From a virus, in the IMG/VR virus record IMGVR_UViG_3300037515_000188, positions 45,849 through 109,848 of that record: DNA of 64,000 bases; one strand, 5' to 3'. The translations under genes were made by a program, and so were the position numbers. The notes beneath the pieces were generated by a model. The model saw only the letters and a program-made list of their open reading frames with translations, was not told the origin of the DNA and did no database searches. Shown here one piece after another: positions 27,136-37,922 of the stretch (the first letter of the stretch is position 1; each line of letters begins with the position of its first letter).

Positions 27136-27474
27136 TTAATGTGAATTTTGTATTTGACTATTTCTGGGAGGCACAAATATACTTCCAGTCTGTCTAGCAT
27201 ATTGTTCAATTAATTGTACTGGCGGATCAATAGATAATAAAATTGTAGTAAAATATAATTGAACATTAACTGCTCCATCTGACGATTCATTCATTGCAAA
27301 GGGGGTAATTGGAGCTAATTCAATATGAATTCTCTTTTCAATTTGGCTAGCATGAATGCCATATGCCTTTTCAATATCGTAATATCCATTTTCTATTTTT
27401 TTAACTTTTCCTAATATTTCCATACCAGTTATTAACATAAATGATTTAATATCACCTTCTTCAATTTTACTCAT
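27136..27474 (-). CDS. Sm-like fold phage protein
   Basis: MLITGMEILGKV pattern, common in T4-like and jumbo phage Sm-like proteins. Confidence 0.55.
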   Translation of the reverse strand: MSKIEEGDIKSFMLITGMEILGKVKKIENGYYDIEKAYGIHASQIEKRIHIELAPITPFAMNESSDGAVNVQLYFTTILLSIDPPVQLIEQYARQTGSIFVPPRNSQIQNSH

Positions 27475-28597
27475 TATAATCTCCTTTAATTTTTTCTTCA
27501 TATTGTATCAAACTTGTATTTAATTGTTTATTAACTCTTATAAAACGAGTACATTTTGAAATTTCTTTTAATTCCATTGCTCCAATATACATCATGCTGC
27601 TACGAATACCACCTAATATTTCCTGAATAGTTTTTTCAACTGGTCCACGATAGGGTATTCTAAGAACTCGTCCTTCACTTGCTTTATAATCAGCCATACC
27701 ACCACTGTATTTTTCCATTGCTATATCTGATGACATCCCATAAAATTCTACATATTTTGGAATTTTATCATGTTTCGCCAATTTACTATTATTAGGCAAG
27801 TTTACAACAAATTCATAAATTATTTTTCCTCCACTTTCATCATGTCCTGCCAACATACTACCTAACATTACAAAATCCGCACCCGCACCAATGGCTTTTG
27901 ATATATCTCCGGGAATAACACATCCCCCATCAGAACATATTAATCCATTTAAGCCATGGGCAGCATTAGCACATTCTATAATAGCTGATAATTGTGGTCT
28001 ACCTACCCCTGTAACATGACGTGTACTGCATGCTGCCCCATTTCCAATACCTATCTTGGCACATGATGCTCCAGCATTAAGTAATGCATATGTGGCATCT
28101 CCAGTAACAACATTTCCTGCCATTATGAATGATTCTGGTGCTAATTCTCTAACAGTAGAAATAAAAGGTGTAAAATGTGGCATATAACCATTAGCAACAT
28201 CTATACAAATATTTTTAGGAATTTTATATTTTTCTTTAAACGTGCAAAGTTTTTCAAGTGAATTATCAGTTAATCCCATAGTAAAAAATAATAAATGTTC
28301 ATTTTGTTCATTTTCTTTATAAAATTTTACTAGATCATCAACAGAATAATGTTTATGTAGTGCAGTACAACAATTATATGTTATTAAAACTTTCGCCATT
28401 TCAAATGTTCCAACTGTATCCATATTAGCAGCTATAATTGGAATCCCCGTCCAATTATAATATCTATAAGATTCCGGGCGGTTAATAAATGTACGCTCTA
28501 AAATAACATTATTTCTAGAAGTTGCATTTTTTCTAGCTAATTGTGGAAGCATTAAAACATCTTCAAAATCTAATTCTATTTGAGTATCCAATAACAT
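27467..28597 (-). CDS. guaC: GMP reductase
   Basis: LDFEDVL, AANMDTVGTFEMA, ICIDVANGY, GIGNGAACSTR, SDGGC, FYGMSS, ASEG. Confidence 0.93.
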   Translation of the reverse strand: MLLDTQIELDFEDVLMLPQLARKNATSRNNVILERTFINRPESYRYYNWTGIPIIAANMDTVGTFEMAKVLITYNCCTALHKHYSVDDLVKFYKENEQNEHLLFFTMGLTDNSLEKLCTFKEKYKIPKNICIDVANGYMPHFTPFISTVRELAPESFIMAGNVVTGDATYALLNAGASCAKIGIGNGAACSTRHVTGVGRPQLSAIIECANAAHGLNGLICSDGGCVIPGDISKAIGAGADFVMLGSMLAGHDESGGKIIYEFVVNLPNNSKLAKHDKIPKYVEFYGMSSDIAMEKYSGGMADYKASEGRVLRIPYRGPVEKTIQEILGGIRSSMMYIGAMELKEISKCTRFIRVNKQLNTSLIQYEEKIKGDYNE

Positions 28598-28609
28598 GTA
28601 ATATCCTTA

Positions 28610-29080
28610 TTATAAAGCTAAATCAAATTCTGTTAAAAAGTTATAAAAGTTTAATTCCAATGCATTTGACATTGTTTCTATGGGATAGGAATATTCATAT
28701 TCTTTATGAGTATATTCAAAATCAAATATAAATGATGGTATAATACCAGCAAATGCAGTATACATCCTATTCATGGTTTCTTTATCTTCTCTAAATATTG
28801 CATGTGGTAAATCAAATAATTTACAAAATTTCTTAAATTCTGAATAGTTATTTTTAATTTCATTATTAAATCCACAATCTAAAAAAATGAGAGTTTTATA
28901 ATTTTTTGACCAATCTGTTAGAATTTCTAATTCTGGACCATCAAGTTTAATATATTTATTATATAATTCAATAAGCGCATGTGATCCTTGTACACCTTTT
29001 TGAATAGATGATAAGGCTTTATTTACAAATACATAGCCTTTATAACTGTTTGTATATTGTGATATGGTTTCCTTTGACAT
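28610..29080 (-). CDS. peptidyl-tRNA hydrolase 2-like protein
   Basis: LSSIQKGVQGSHA...W....KTLIFL..G...FRED pattern of phage PTH2-like proteins. Confidence 0.6.
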   Translation of the reverse strand: MSKETISQYTNSYKGYVFVNKALSSIQKGVQGSHALIELYNKYIKLDGPELEILTDWSKNYKTLIFLDCGFNNEIKNNYSEFKKFCKLFDLPHAIFREDKETMNRMYTAFAGIIPSFIFDFEYTHKEYEYSYPIETMSNALELNFYNFLTEFDLAL

Positions 29081-29184
29081 AATAAAATAATCCTATGGAA
29101 AAATAATTATATAAGTTTTTTCTGCAAATGTCAATAATTATTATAAATAGTTTATGTAATAAAATATCTTTCGGGAGATTGTAA

Positions 29185-29715
29185 ATGAAACTGTTAAAAG
29201 AATTATTTTCATTTGATGAAAAAAACTTTAATTTTGATAATGATGAAGATGAAGATGAAGATGAAGATGAATATAAAAAAGATAAAGATAATGAATTTGA
29301 TTTTAATTTTGGTAATGATGATGAATCAAATGATGATGAATTAAATGATGATGAATTAGATTTTGAAAATAAAAGTTATTCTCAATTTGATGATAATAAT
29401 GATGATCAACTTAATAGATTCGTTTCTGACGAAGAAGAATATGAAGAATTTGGTGCCGAAGAAGATTATCCAGAAAGATTAAGTGATATGCCACATGATG
29501 ATTTTGATGATGAAGATGAGTTTGAAGATGATTTTAATATTGATGATTTAGATTCTGAAGATGATCTAGATATTGATGATTTAGATTCTGAAGATGATCT
29601 AGATGTTGATGGTAAAACCGATAGAGAGGAAATAAAAGATATTGAACACGAAATACAAGATTTACATGCTAGATTGGGGAAATTAGCTGCAAAAGGAGAT
29701 TTAACTTTTTATTAA
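29185..29715 (+). CDS. highly acidic low-complexity late protein (MKLLKELF start)
   Basis: D/E tracts; TATAAATA upstream. Confidence 0.7.
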   Translation: MKLLKELFSFDEKNFNFDNDEDEDEDEDEYKKDKDNEFDFNFGNDDESNDDELNDDELDFENKSYSQFDDNNDDQLNRFVSDEEEYEEFGAEEDYPERLSDMPHDDFDDEDEFEDDFNIDDLDSEDDLDIDDLDSEDDLDVDGKTDREEIKDIEHEIQDLHARLGKLAAKGDLTFY

Positions 29716-30266
29716 AATCGTCGTTCATTACTATTTAATTTAGATTTAGCCTTGATAAGATTACAAGTTATAGAATTTGTTAATTCTGAATCAATATTTT
29801 CTTTACATGTTCGCATAATAATATTACTTGCATTTTCTTCATTAATGTTTTCTAATTTTACGGCACAAGATTGTTTATCATTATAATCAGTTAATATCAT
29901 TATTTTATCAATTTCAATTTTTATTTCTATATTTAATTCTTCCATTTGTTTTTGTAACATATTAATATCATCTAGATTTCTTTCTCCCTCTAAAAGTAAT
30001 TGAGCAGATTTATTTTTCTCCTCCATTGAAAATAATATATCATATTCTAATTTTAAATTTTTAATTCGTTGTTTTAATGTATCCTGCATTTTATAATTTA
30101 ATTGTTGTTTACCATATATACGTTCTACATTTATACTTATATCACTTATTTTAATTACATTTGTAGCACATTTAAAATCTATATCTGGTAAAGATGTATC
30201 TGGTGATGGTTCATCAATTACTGATTGAGTCATTAACAATATTGATAATAATACTAGATTAATCAT
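29712..30266 (-). CDS. putative secreted coiled-coil protein
   Basis: signal-like N-terminus; SD aaggag. Confidence 0.6.
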   Translation of the reverse strand: MINLVLLSILLMTQSVIDEPSPDTSLPDIDFKCATNVIKISDISINVERIYGKQQLNYKMQDTLKQRIKNLKLEYDILFSMEEKNKSAQLLLEGERNLDDINMLQKQMEELNIEIKIEIDKIMILTDYNDKQSCAVKLENINEENASNIIMRTCKENIDSELTNSITCNLIKAKSKLNSNERRF

Positions 30267-30285
30267 AACACTCCTTCAAATTTCA

Positions 30286-30313
30286 AATTCAGGGGGAACT
30301 TTCCCCCTGAATT
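30286..30313 (-). terminator. intrinsic terminator hairpin
   Basis: AATTCAGGGGGAA-CT-TTCCCCCTGAATT. Confidence 0.7.
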
Positions 30314-30331
30314 TCTCATATACTAAACTAT

Positions 30332-30775
30332 TTATAGGGAAATATTAGTGAAATGAGTATTTCTTGGATTTCCGTCCACATATCTTACATTAGGGGACGA
30401 AGATCGACTTCCCAAATATCCCCGCGCAACCAACGTAGCCACGGAAACTGTAACTCTCTTGCCTCCGCTATTCTTAATACGCACAACGGGTTGTCCATCA
30501 GTTAAACGAACACGGGACGAAATGAAATTATCACTAATCGGATTATATACCGTACCATCTGGTAATATTAAATAATCAGGGAATCCATATGCCCTAACAG
30601 GACTAGGTACATGATTCCATGTATTATTATTAAGAATATTATAAATGGTTTTAGTGGAAACACCATATGCATCAGATAATTCTGAAACACTAATTCCACG
30701 CATTCCCATTAACCTAATGGATGCTACAGAGGAATCATTCAAACTAGATTGAGTAGAACCTTTTCTATATGTCAT
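30332..30775 (-). CDS. HTH plus degenerate NUMOD4/HNH-like DNA-binding protein
   Basis: ELSDAYGVSTKTIYNI (HTH); YVDGNPRNTHFTNI resembles an HNH lacking the catalytic His. Confidence 0.6.
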   Translation of the reverse strand: MTYRKGSTQSSLNDSSVASIRLMGMRGISVSELSDAYGVSTKTIYNILNNNTWNHVPSPVRAYGFPDYLILPDGTVYNPISDNFISSRVRLTDGQPVVRIKNSGGKRVTVSVATLVARGYLGSRSSSPNVRYVDGNPRNTHFTNISL

Positions 30776-30856
30776 TTTTTAAATCTCCTTTAATAATGTT
30801 ATAATATTACAGGATTAAAAATGACTTGTCAACTATTTTTTTAAAAATATATTATT

Positions 30857-30931
30857 TGGAGCGGGGGAGGGGTATCGAACCCCTAACCTCTTGGTTGGCA
30901 ACCAAGTGTTCTACCATTGAACTACCCCCGC
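30857..30931 (-). tRNA. trnG: tRNA-Gly (GCC), CCA encoded
   Basis: cloverleaf GCGGGGG...CTTGG TTGCCAA CCAAG...GGTTCGATA...CCCCCGCTCCA. Confidence 0.95.
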
Positions 30932-30966
30932 ATTTAAAACTATTATATTCTATTATATTTATAAAA

Positions 30967-31404
30967 TCAACCATTTAACCATCTGTCTGCTAATCTTTTA
31001 GCTCGTGGTGGGACATCAATCTTTGCCCATTTACTATCTAACATTTCGTTATATACTTTTCTAACATCTTGATTATTAAGACCTTTTTTCATTTCATTAA
31101 ATCCTGAAAAAGTTCTAGGACCCATATTAAACATCATATTTACTAACACCCGTTTTCTGTTATCATTCCAATAATCAAATGTAGATACTTGATTTCTAAC
31201 ATGATAAATCGAAGAATTTATATCTTGAATAAATGTTACGATAACTTTTTGTGGAGTCCATATAATATTAGAAAAGGCTGGATTTTTACCTAATAAATGT
31301 CCTATTCCAATAGTCCAATTACCCTTGGTATCAGAATATGATTTTAATTCAAATCCTTCATCTAATATTAATTCACTTATTAATATATCATCAAAGTAAT
31401 ACAT
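30967..31404 (-). CDS. T4-type lysozyme (GH24)
   Basis: DEG.....Y.D..G.WTIGIGHL; VNMMFNMG; MLDSKWA. Confidence 0.9.
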   Translation of the reverse strand: MYYFDDILISELILDEGFELKSYSDTKGNWTIGIGHLLGKNPAFSNIIWTPQKVIVTFIQDINSSIYHVRNQVSTFDYWNDNRKRVLVNMMFNMGPRTFSGFNEMKKGLNNQDVRKVYNEMLDSKWAKIDVPPRAKRLADRWLNG

Positions 31405-31405
31405 A

Positions 31406-32104
31406 TTAATCTTCCTCCAATATTGGATCGCCAGTTTCATCTAATATTAAGTCATCATTTTCATCTAATATTGCGTTAGGTATACCAGATGGTGTAACTG
31501 TCATTGTTGGTGTAACTGTCATAGTAGGTGTAACGGTTGGGGTCACAGTTGGGGTTACCGTTGTAGTTGGAGTAACCGTTAGAGTTGGAGTTACAGTTGG
31601 GGTTACTGTCATAGTAGGTGTGACAGTTGGAGTTACGGTAACAGTTGGAGTTACCGTTGTAGTTGGAGTAACTGTTAGAGTTGGAGTTACAGTTGGAGTT
31701 GCTGTCATAGTAGGTGTAACAGTTGGAGTTACGGTAACAGTTGGAGTTACTGTAACTGTCATAGTAGGTGTAACTGTTGGAGTAGGAGTCGGATTTATTA
31801 CTTCGTCACCACAACCACAATTTTCATTTGTGTAAAATAAGATATTACAAAATCCAGTATATTCTTCAGAAAAATAAATTTTTAGAGTGTTTAAATCTTC
31901 AATTATTATTTCATTGGGAATAATTAATTCGTTATTAACAAATACTTGTATATTAATAGAATCCGTAGCATATGGATGGACTATAGTCCAAACATCAGAT
32001 AAAGTATTAATAGTATATTGTTCAAACTGGACACATATCTTATAAGATTTGCTTATAACATATTCTCCAGTTTTAGTGTCTATAAAAAGTTTACCTAATT
32101 CCAT
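31406..32104 (-). CDS. virion-type protein with mucin-like TPT repeat
   Basis: about 100-aa TPT tract; acidic tail ILDE..D.IL. Confidence 0.75.
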   Translation of the reverse strand: MELGKLFIDTKTGEYVISKSYKICVQFEQYTINTLSDVWTIVHPYATDSINIQVFVNNELIIPNEIIIEDLNTLKIYFSEEYTGFCNILFYTNENCGCGDEVINPTPTPTVTPTMTVTVTPTVTVTPTVTPTMTATPTVTPTLTVTPTTTVTPTVTVTPTVTPTMTVTPTVTPTLTVTPTTTVTPTVTPTVTPTMTVTPTMTVTPSGIPNAILDENDDLILDETGDPILEED

Positions 32105-32108
32105 AATA

Positions 32109-33095
32109 TTATCCCGATAATGTTGGTGTTATTGTTGGAGTTATTGTTGGAGTTATTGTAACTGTTGGAGTCACGGTAACTGTAGGAGTTATAGTTAATG
32201 TTGGTGTAACTGTTGGTGTCACTGTCATAGTAGGTGTAACTGTTGGAGTCACTGTAACAGTTGGAGTCACTGTAACTGTAGGAGTTACCGTTAATGTTGG
32301 GGTTACAGTTGGAGTTACCGTTAATGTTGGGGTTACAGTTGGAGTTACTGTCATCGTTGGAGTAACAGTAGGAGTAACAGTAGGAGTAATTGTTGTTGTT
32401 GCCGTTACTGTAGGAGTAATCGAAATAGTTGGAGTTACTGATGGATTTGGTGTAACGGTTGGAGTTACAGCAGCAGTAGCCGTTGGAGTTATAGTTGGAG
32501 TTATAGTAACTGTTGCAGTAACTGTTGGAGTTATAGAAATAGTTGGAGTAACCGTCGAAGTAATAGTCGGGGTAATAGAAATAGTGGGGGTAACAGTTGG
32601 GGTAACAGTCGATGTTGGGGTATTTGTTGGAGTATTACTAGGCGTTGTTACCGGGGTTCTAGTTGGAGTAGCAGTTAATGGCGGAGTTCTGGTTGGTGTA
32701 ACAGTTGGAGTAACAGTATTTGTTGGAGTAACCGTAATTGTTGGAGTTGGTGTGAGAAATGGTGCCAGACTAATATATTCATACCCACATACATAAATTA
32801 TTGTAAATCTTACCTTATTACCAAATTTTATTTTCTTTCCAAATTCAATAGAAATTAAATTACCATTATATGATATTTTTTCAGGTATAATTAATTTTAT
32901 TTGATCTTCATCATATTCATAAATTTGAGTCAATGCTACATCAACTGCTCTAGGCAATTCAATTATATGATTTATTTCTGGTGATATAACTGTAGTTGTA
33001 AATCCTATACAGCTACAATCCTTACCTTCTTTTATTACAATTTCACCAGTTATACTATCATATTGTAATTCTTTAAATGTTGAAATGAAATCCAT
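32109..33095 (-). CDS. virion-type protein with about 210-aa mucin-like TPT tail
   Basis: TPT repeats ending TPTLSG. Confidence 0.75.
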   Translation of the reverse strand: MDFISTFKELQYDSITGEIVIKEGKDCSCIGFTTTVISPEINHIIELPRAVDVALTQIYEYDEDQIKLIIPEKISYNGNLISIEFGKKIKFGNKVRFTIIYVCGYEYISLAPFLTPTPTITVTPTNTVTPTVTPTRTPPLTATPTRTPVTTPSNTPTNTPTSTVTPTVTPTISITPTITSTVTPTISITPTVTATVTITPTITPTATAAVTPTVTPNPSVTPTISITPTVTATTTITPTVTPTVTPTMTVTPTVTPTLTVTPTVTPTLTVTPTVTVTPTVTVTPTVTPTMTVTPTVTPTLTITPTVTVTPTVTITPTITPTITPTLSG

Positions 33096-33196
33096 CTATA
33101 AATCCTATTATAGATGTATTTATTAAAAGATTTAAAATGTCTATGGTTATAATTTTATTATTTTAAGTATGGAGATTATGAAGTTTATTAAAAATA

Positions 33197-33943
33197 TTAA
33201 ATAATTTCAGCCATATAATAAGTCATTGCATTATTCATTTGAGTTACACTCAATTGATAATTAAAAAGCACGAAGTTATCAATCATAAAATTTGCACTTC
33301 CAGCACTGGACATTGATCCTCCGATAGTAAGATAGCTGCCAGCACTAGTATAAACGGTGGCAGTTCCAATATTTGTAGTACCCAATGATGAAGCATCCTT
33401 AAAACGTCTCCATATTGATCCTCCAAATGTTGCACCATAAACATGAACATCAGTATCATTATTCGTTTGTGTATTTTCAAAATCGGTGCCAGAACTATTG
33501 GAACATCCGAGAACAACTCCTGTTCCGCTAGAAAATTGAGACCAAGATGCAGTAACAGAAGTGGAATTGTTAGTACGCCATCCAAGAAATTTAGAATATG
33601 ATCCAGCAAGAGTTGGACGTTTTAGAGAAAATAAATAACTCCATGCCGTTTGTCCATGAACAAATCCTGTAACTAAGTTAGTATTATCGCCCCAGCCATT
33701 ACTTGACGATCCAACTGATGCCATATTAGCCGATTTTGTTGTAGTTGTTCTAAAGGCTGCACCGGCTGAAATATTACTGACTCCAAATCTAGCTATATGT
33801 CTTGCATTTCCGCTGGAATCCGTTAAATTAGTTCCAGTATTATAATTTACATCCTGAAATTTAAACCAAATAACAGGTGATAAAGATGCTATATAAGCAT
33901 CATACGGAATATTACTCTGTAACACACCGGGAGGAACAAACAT
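33197..33943 (-). CDS. LamG/concanavalin A-like domain protein (putative receptor binding)
   Basis: LSPVIWFKF..TDSSGNARH...IDNFVLFNYQLS; TAATG coupling. Confidence 0.7.
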   Translation of the reverse strand: MFVPPGVLQSNIPYDAYIASLSPVIWFKFQDVNYNTGTNLTDSSGNARHIARFGVSNISAGAAFRTTTTKSANMASVGSSSNGWGDNTNLVTGFVHGQTAWSYLFSLKRPTLAGSYSKFLGWRTNNSTSVTASWSQFSSGTGVVLGCSNSSGTDFENTQTNNDTDVHVYGATFGGSIWRRFKDASSLGTTNIGTATVYTSAGSYLTIGGSMSSAGSANFMIDNFVLFNYQLSVTQMNNAMTYYMAEII

Positions 33944-34662
33944 TATGTCGTCCCACCAATTACAACCCATTCCGTGGCAGCCCGTTTCCATAAGCTAATC
34001 ATTTTATATTGACCAGAAATTTTTGGAGCGCCTCGTAATGTATTGCTAGTAATTGTAATAGTGGTCTGCCCTGCGCCAAATTGAACTACATCAATACGAG
34101 TATTTATTGGAAAGGGAATTGCAACATTAGCAGGAATATTAAGTGTGTTAGCTGATCCGTTATTCATCTCCACAATTTTCCCAGCATCAGCGAGTACTAA
34201 TTCATAACTGGTTCCGGTTTGAAGATTTTGACCGATATATGAAGTCCATATACCTATCATATAATATGAATGCCATGTACTATTTGCATCATCCCAGATA
34301 AATTCCCATCTACCAGAATTTATATCAATAACTACATCTTGTGCCAATCCATCAATATTATTTCCATTTCTATCAATAGTGATATTATTTACACTGGAAT
34401 TATTACCGGCATCGATCACACTTATAAAATTTCCATCTGTTGGAGTGGCTGGAAGTGTTATAATGCTTGGAATTGTTGTAGTATTGACTAACACTCGATC
34501 CTTATGGGCTGCCGTATAATTTCCTTCTTTTAATATTGGATTAAATGCAAATTGACTTATCTCAGATGGTGTTATTACCACATTTCCACCCGATTGAACG
34601 GAAATTAATAATTCTGCACCAGTTAATGCTGCCGCTGATGAATAGGTGCTAATTTTTGCCAT
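33943..34662 (-). CDS. tail fibre-like protein (intact allele A)
   Basis: ITLPATP..G..I.VID.....NNITI..NG..IDG module; C-terminus SYELVLADAGK...WVVIG. Confidence 0.75.
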   Translation of the reverse strand: MAKISTYSSAAALTGAELLISVQSGGNVVITPSEISQFAFNPILKEGNYTAAHKDRVLVNTTTIPSIITLPATPTDGNFISVIDAGNNSSVNNITIDRNGNNIDGLAQDVVIDINSGRWEFIWDDANSTWHSYYMIGIWTSYIGQNLQTGTSYELVLADAGKIVEMNNGSANTLNIPANVAIPFPINTRIDVVQFGAGQTTITITSNTLRGAPKISGQYKMISLWKRAATEWVVIGGTT

Positions 34663-34737
34663 TTGTATTCCAATAAATAAAGATCATGTTTATATTTATT
34701 GGAAATATAAAAATGAAAGAATAAAAATATTAAATAT
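34273..34737 (-). repeat. inverted repeat, left arm (about 465 bp)
   Basis: near-identical reverse complement of 41229-41693. Confidence 0.9.
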
Positions 34738-35964
34738 TTAACCAGATATAGTTGGTGTTATAGTTGGTGTTATAGTTGGTGTTATAGTTGGTGTTATAGT
34801 TGGTGTTGCTGTAACGGTTGGAGTCACAGTTGTAGTCTGAGTTATTGTTGGCGTTACCGTAATAGTTGGAGTTACCGTAATAGTTGGAGTAACTGTTGGA
34901 GTTACTGTTAATGTTACAGTTGGAGTAGATGTTATAGTTGGAGTAATTGTACTCGTTGGTGTTACAGTAGCAGTAGGAGTTACTTCTGGTGTTACTGTTG
35001 GTGTTATGGTTGGGGGTGGTTCAATGTTACTTAATACATAAATTTTTTCCTGTATATTAATTAATATTATTTGGGGTGATATAATTTTAGCAATTATTTG
35101 AGAACTTACCTCATTAGAAATTATTGGAGTCAATTCACCATTCAATCCAACAAATAAATTTTTATTTACATTTTCACTCCAATTCCAATCATTTCTATTT
35201 TCTAAAAACCCAGAAGTTATTATATTAACCTTTTCACCAATTAAATATGTTTTATCCGTTAATCCAATAATTGGTTTTTCATTATTATAAGAACCATGAT
35301 AAATTAACCCATCATCTTCAATAATAATACATTTATGTTTTTCTAGATTTTCTCCAGCAAATACATTTAATTGTAATCTATTAAAACCAATATTATGTAC
35401 ATTTGAATTTATGTTATCTAATGATTTTCCATCTATAGAAAAATATTTAAAATTTCCATCATAACTAAAAACAGGATTATCATTTCTGTCAAATAATATA
35501 CTTCCAGCTTTTCTCTTACCTCGTAGATTAACTTGAGATACTAATCCATATTCATTTAAAATTCCATTTTGTAATTTTGCTGCAAATAATCTTATTGTCT
35601 CAACCCATTTTGATCCATTATAAATTTTCATCTTATTAACTGTTCTATCAAAAAAATGATCATTTATTTCTGGTGATAACGGTAATGTATCACCATATAT
35701 AAATGAATTAGTTGTTCCATATAATAAATTTCCAGTATTTTGATCAATTTCCCAATATAACAAAATATTTTCATTTATATCAGAAAGTATCCACGCATTT
35801 TCTACATCATCATTTATCTCATGTATATAATCTCTTGGTCCATGCGCAAATGTTAATATTATTGATATTATACTTCCACGTATAGAAACATTATTATTAT
35901 CAATATATAACATTGATGGTAATATTGGTTTTGAAATTATTCCTTGTCTATAATTAATAATCAT
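34738..35964 (-). CDS. virion structural protein with TPT tail; N-terminus paralogous to 43193..46180
   Basis: QGI...TFAHG...LYWEID..TG...IRLFA; ends TPTISG. Confidence 0.75.
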   Translation of the reverse strand: MIINYRQGIISKPILPSMLYIDNNNVSIRGSIISIILTFAHGPRDYIHEINDDVENAWILSDINENILLYWEIDQNTGNLLYGTTNSFIYGDTLPLSPEINDHFFDRTVNKMKIYNGSKWVETIRLFAAKLQNGILNEYGLVSQVNLRGKRKAGSILFDRNDNPVFSYDGNFKYFSIDGKSLDNINSNVHNIGFNRLQLNVFAGENLEKHKCIIIEDDGLIYHGSYNNEKPIIGLTDKTYLIGEKVNIITSGFLENRNDWNWSENVNKNLFVGLNGELTPIISNEVSSQIIAKIISPQIILINIQEKIYVLSNIEPPPTITPTVTPEVTPTATVTPTSTITPTITSTPTVTLTVTPTVTPTITVTPTITVTPTITQTTTVTPTVTATPTITPTITPTITPTITPTISG

Positions 35965-35973
35965 TTTATATAT

Positions 35974-37434
35974 TTAGCCTGATAAAGTAGGAGTTATAGT
36001 TGGTGTTAATGATATAGTTGGTGCAAGAGTTGGATCAGGAGTAACGGTATTCGTCGGAGTTGGAGTTAATGTTGGATTGGGCGTTACGGTAACAGTTGGA
36101 GTTATATTCGGAGTAGCTGTCAATGTAGGAGTTATTGTCGGGGTTACTGTTGGTGTAGGAGTTAATGTTGGATTCGGTGTAACTGTTTGTGTACTAGTAA
36201 ATGTAGGAGTAACTGTAGGAGATGCCCCTGTACTTGGAGTAATAGTCATGGTAGGAGTTAATGTCGGAGTAATAGTTGGGGTAATAGTAATTGTAGGAGT
36301 AATAGATATTGTTGGGGATATTGTTGGTGTCAATGATGCAATAGGGGTTGGCGATGGTATTGGTGCTGATATTACTGGAGTAACAGGAATAATATTTACT
36401 ATAGTTTCTCCCAATGCATTTTTAATATCAGGATATGTATTTTCTCTATTTGTAGAATTTGTATGTATTTCATTATCTTTAAATGTAAAATATGAAAATT
36501 CTGTATTAATCATTTCTCCGACATCAACTAATTTATTCCTAATTTTATCCGCAGAAGAATATGGGTATTGTGATAATAAAATAAATAATCCTCTACTTGG
36601 TATGATTCTCCATATTTCATCCCCATAATCTATTCTTAAAATTTTAAAAATTGTTCCATTTGAAATATTATTTTCAGAAATAATAACATCACTAAATGTT
36701 CTTAAATTAGATAATTTTTTTGCTTTTAGATTATAATGTCTTCTATTTCTTATTAATATACGGTTCCAATTAATCCATGCGGTTCCACCTATATCATCAT
36801 CTAATTCTTCAAAACATATTATTGGCTCTTGATTTGGTTTTACAGTTTCCGTTTCTATTATTATAGTTTTATTTTTTGTATTAAATGGAGATTCTTGTTC
36901 TGGATTATCTGTTTTTATTATTAATTCAGGAACGGCAAATACAATATAATCCTCAAATGAAACTTGTATTGGATTATCTATTGGAGTTAATAATTTAGGT
37001 TTTTGTGGTATGGATGAACGAGCCAGACAATGCGCAACCCCCTCTATAGGGACATCAAAACTTATAGTTATTTCATTTTTATCTATTATTGATATAGTAT
37101 ATTCATCTTGGTCTAATTCTATAAACGTGTTATCTATTTTTTTATAAACACTTATAGATGGAAATGATGATAGATTATGATATACTTTCCATTTTTTAGA
37201 TGCTACTATTTGTTTATGTTCAAAAAATGATTTACGAGGAATATAATCTGTTAAACCTTCTTTTGGGGGAGGAAATGATTCTCGTATATTAATTGGGTCT
37301 CGACTTATTTTATATAAATTTCCTTTGCAACCATCTGTAATAATACATTTTGAAAATACTGTTAATCCAAAAATATTTTCTATTTTTCTTATTACTCTTT
37401 TACAAACATTACATTTATATGTTACTGTTGACAT
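35974..37434 (-). CDS. virion structural protein with CxxC N-terminus and TPT tail
   Basis: YKCNVCKR...CIITDGCKG; ends TPTLSG. Confidence 0.75.
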   Translation of the reverse strand: MSTVTYKCNVCKRVIRKIENIFGLTVFSKCIITDGCKGNLYKISRDPINIRESFPPPKEGLTDYIPRKSFFEHKQIVASKKWKVYHNLSSFPSISVYKKIDNTFIELDQDEYTISIIDKNEITISFDVPIEGVAHCLARSSIPQKPKLLTPIDNPIQVSFEDYIVFAVPELIIKTDNPEQESPFNTKNKTIIIETETVKPNQEPIICFEELDDDIGGTAWINWNRILIRNRRHYNLKAKKLSNLRTFSDVIISENNISNGTIFKILRIDYGDEIWRIIPSRGLFILLSQYPYSSADKIRNKLVDVGEMINTEFSYFTFKDNEIHTNSTNRENTYPDIKNALGETIVNIIPVTPVISAPIPSPTPIASLTPTISPTISITPTITITPTITPTLTPTMTITPSTGASPTVTPTFTSTQTVTPNPTLTPTPTVTPTITPTLTATPNITPTVTVTPNPTLTPTPTNTVTPDPTLAPTISLTPTITPTLSG

Positions 37435-37437
37435 TAA

Positions 37438-37477
37438 AAACCCCACCTGAATACATATATTTATACAGGTGGGGTTT
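37438..37477 (-). promoter_or_regulatory. terminator/RBS-sequestering hairpin with TATAAATA in the loop
   Basis: AAACCCCACCTG / CAGGTGGGGTTT stem. Confidence 0.7.
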
Positions 37478-37494
37478 ATATTAATTACTGATTA

Positions 37495-37806
37495 TTATGA
37501 TAAAGAATCAATAAGTTCTTTTGCTTTTTTAATTTCTTCCGCTGCCAAAATAGCCGGTCCTCGTTCGATATCATTAAGCAAATGTGCAAAATCAATTTGA
37601 GCATTATATAATGTCAAATTAGTATCTTGCGGTAATACAGATTTTAAAGTTTTTAAATCACGTAAAATATAAGTAACCGCACCTTTATTAGATTGCTTAT
37701 ATTTATTACATGCAACAGAAAATGCAGAGCGTAAAAATTTAACGCTATACGCAATTTGAGCCGCACTTAATGCTACTTCTTCTACTATATTATCATTTTC
37801 GAACAT
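37495..37806 (-). CDS. hypothetical early protein
   Basis: SD ggag; TTGACA-N17-TATACT promoter at about 37884-37912. Confidence 0.65.
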   Translation of the reverse strand: MFENDNIVEEVALSAAQIAYSVKFLRSAFSVACNKYKQSNKGAVTYILRDLKTLKSVLPQDTNLTLYNAQIDFAHLLNDIERGPAILAAEEIKKAKELIDSLS

Positions 37807-37922
37807 TTAATGTCTCCAAAAAACAACGAATTACCCATCGAATTCGCATCGATGTAATTACCAAATTAGTAATTACGTTGACTAGTATATCAAAAAAATA
37901 AAATATTGTCAAGCTTTATACC

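Noticed and set aside
31620-36628. Plus-strand VGVT-repeat ORFs (31620, 32584, 36077)
   Set aside because: Antisense shadows of the TPT repeat tracts
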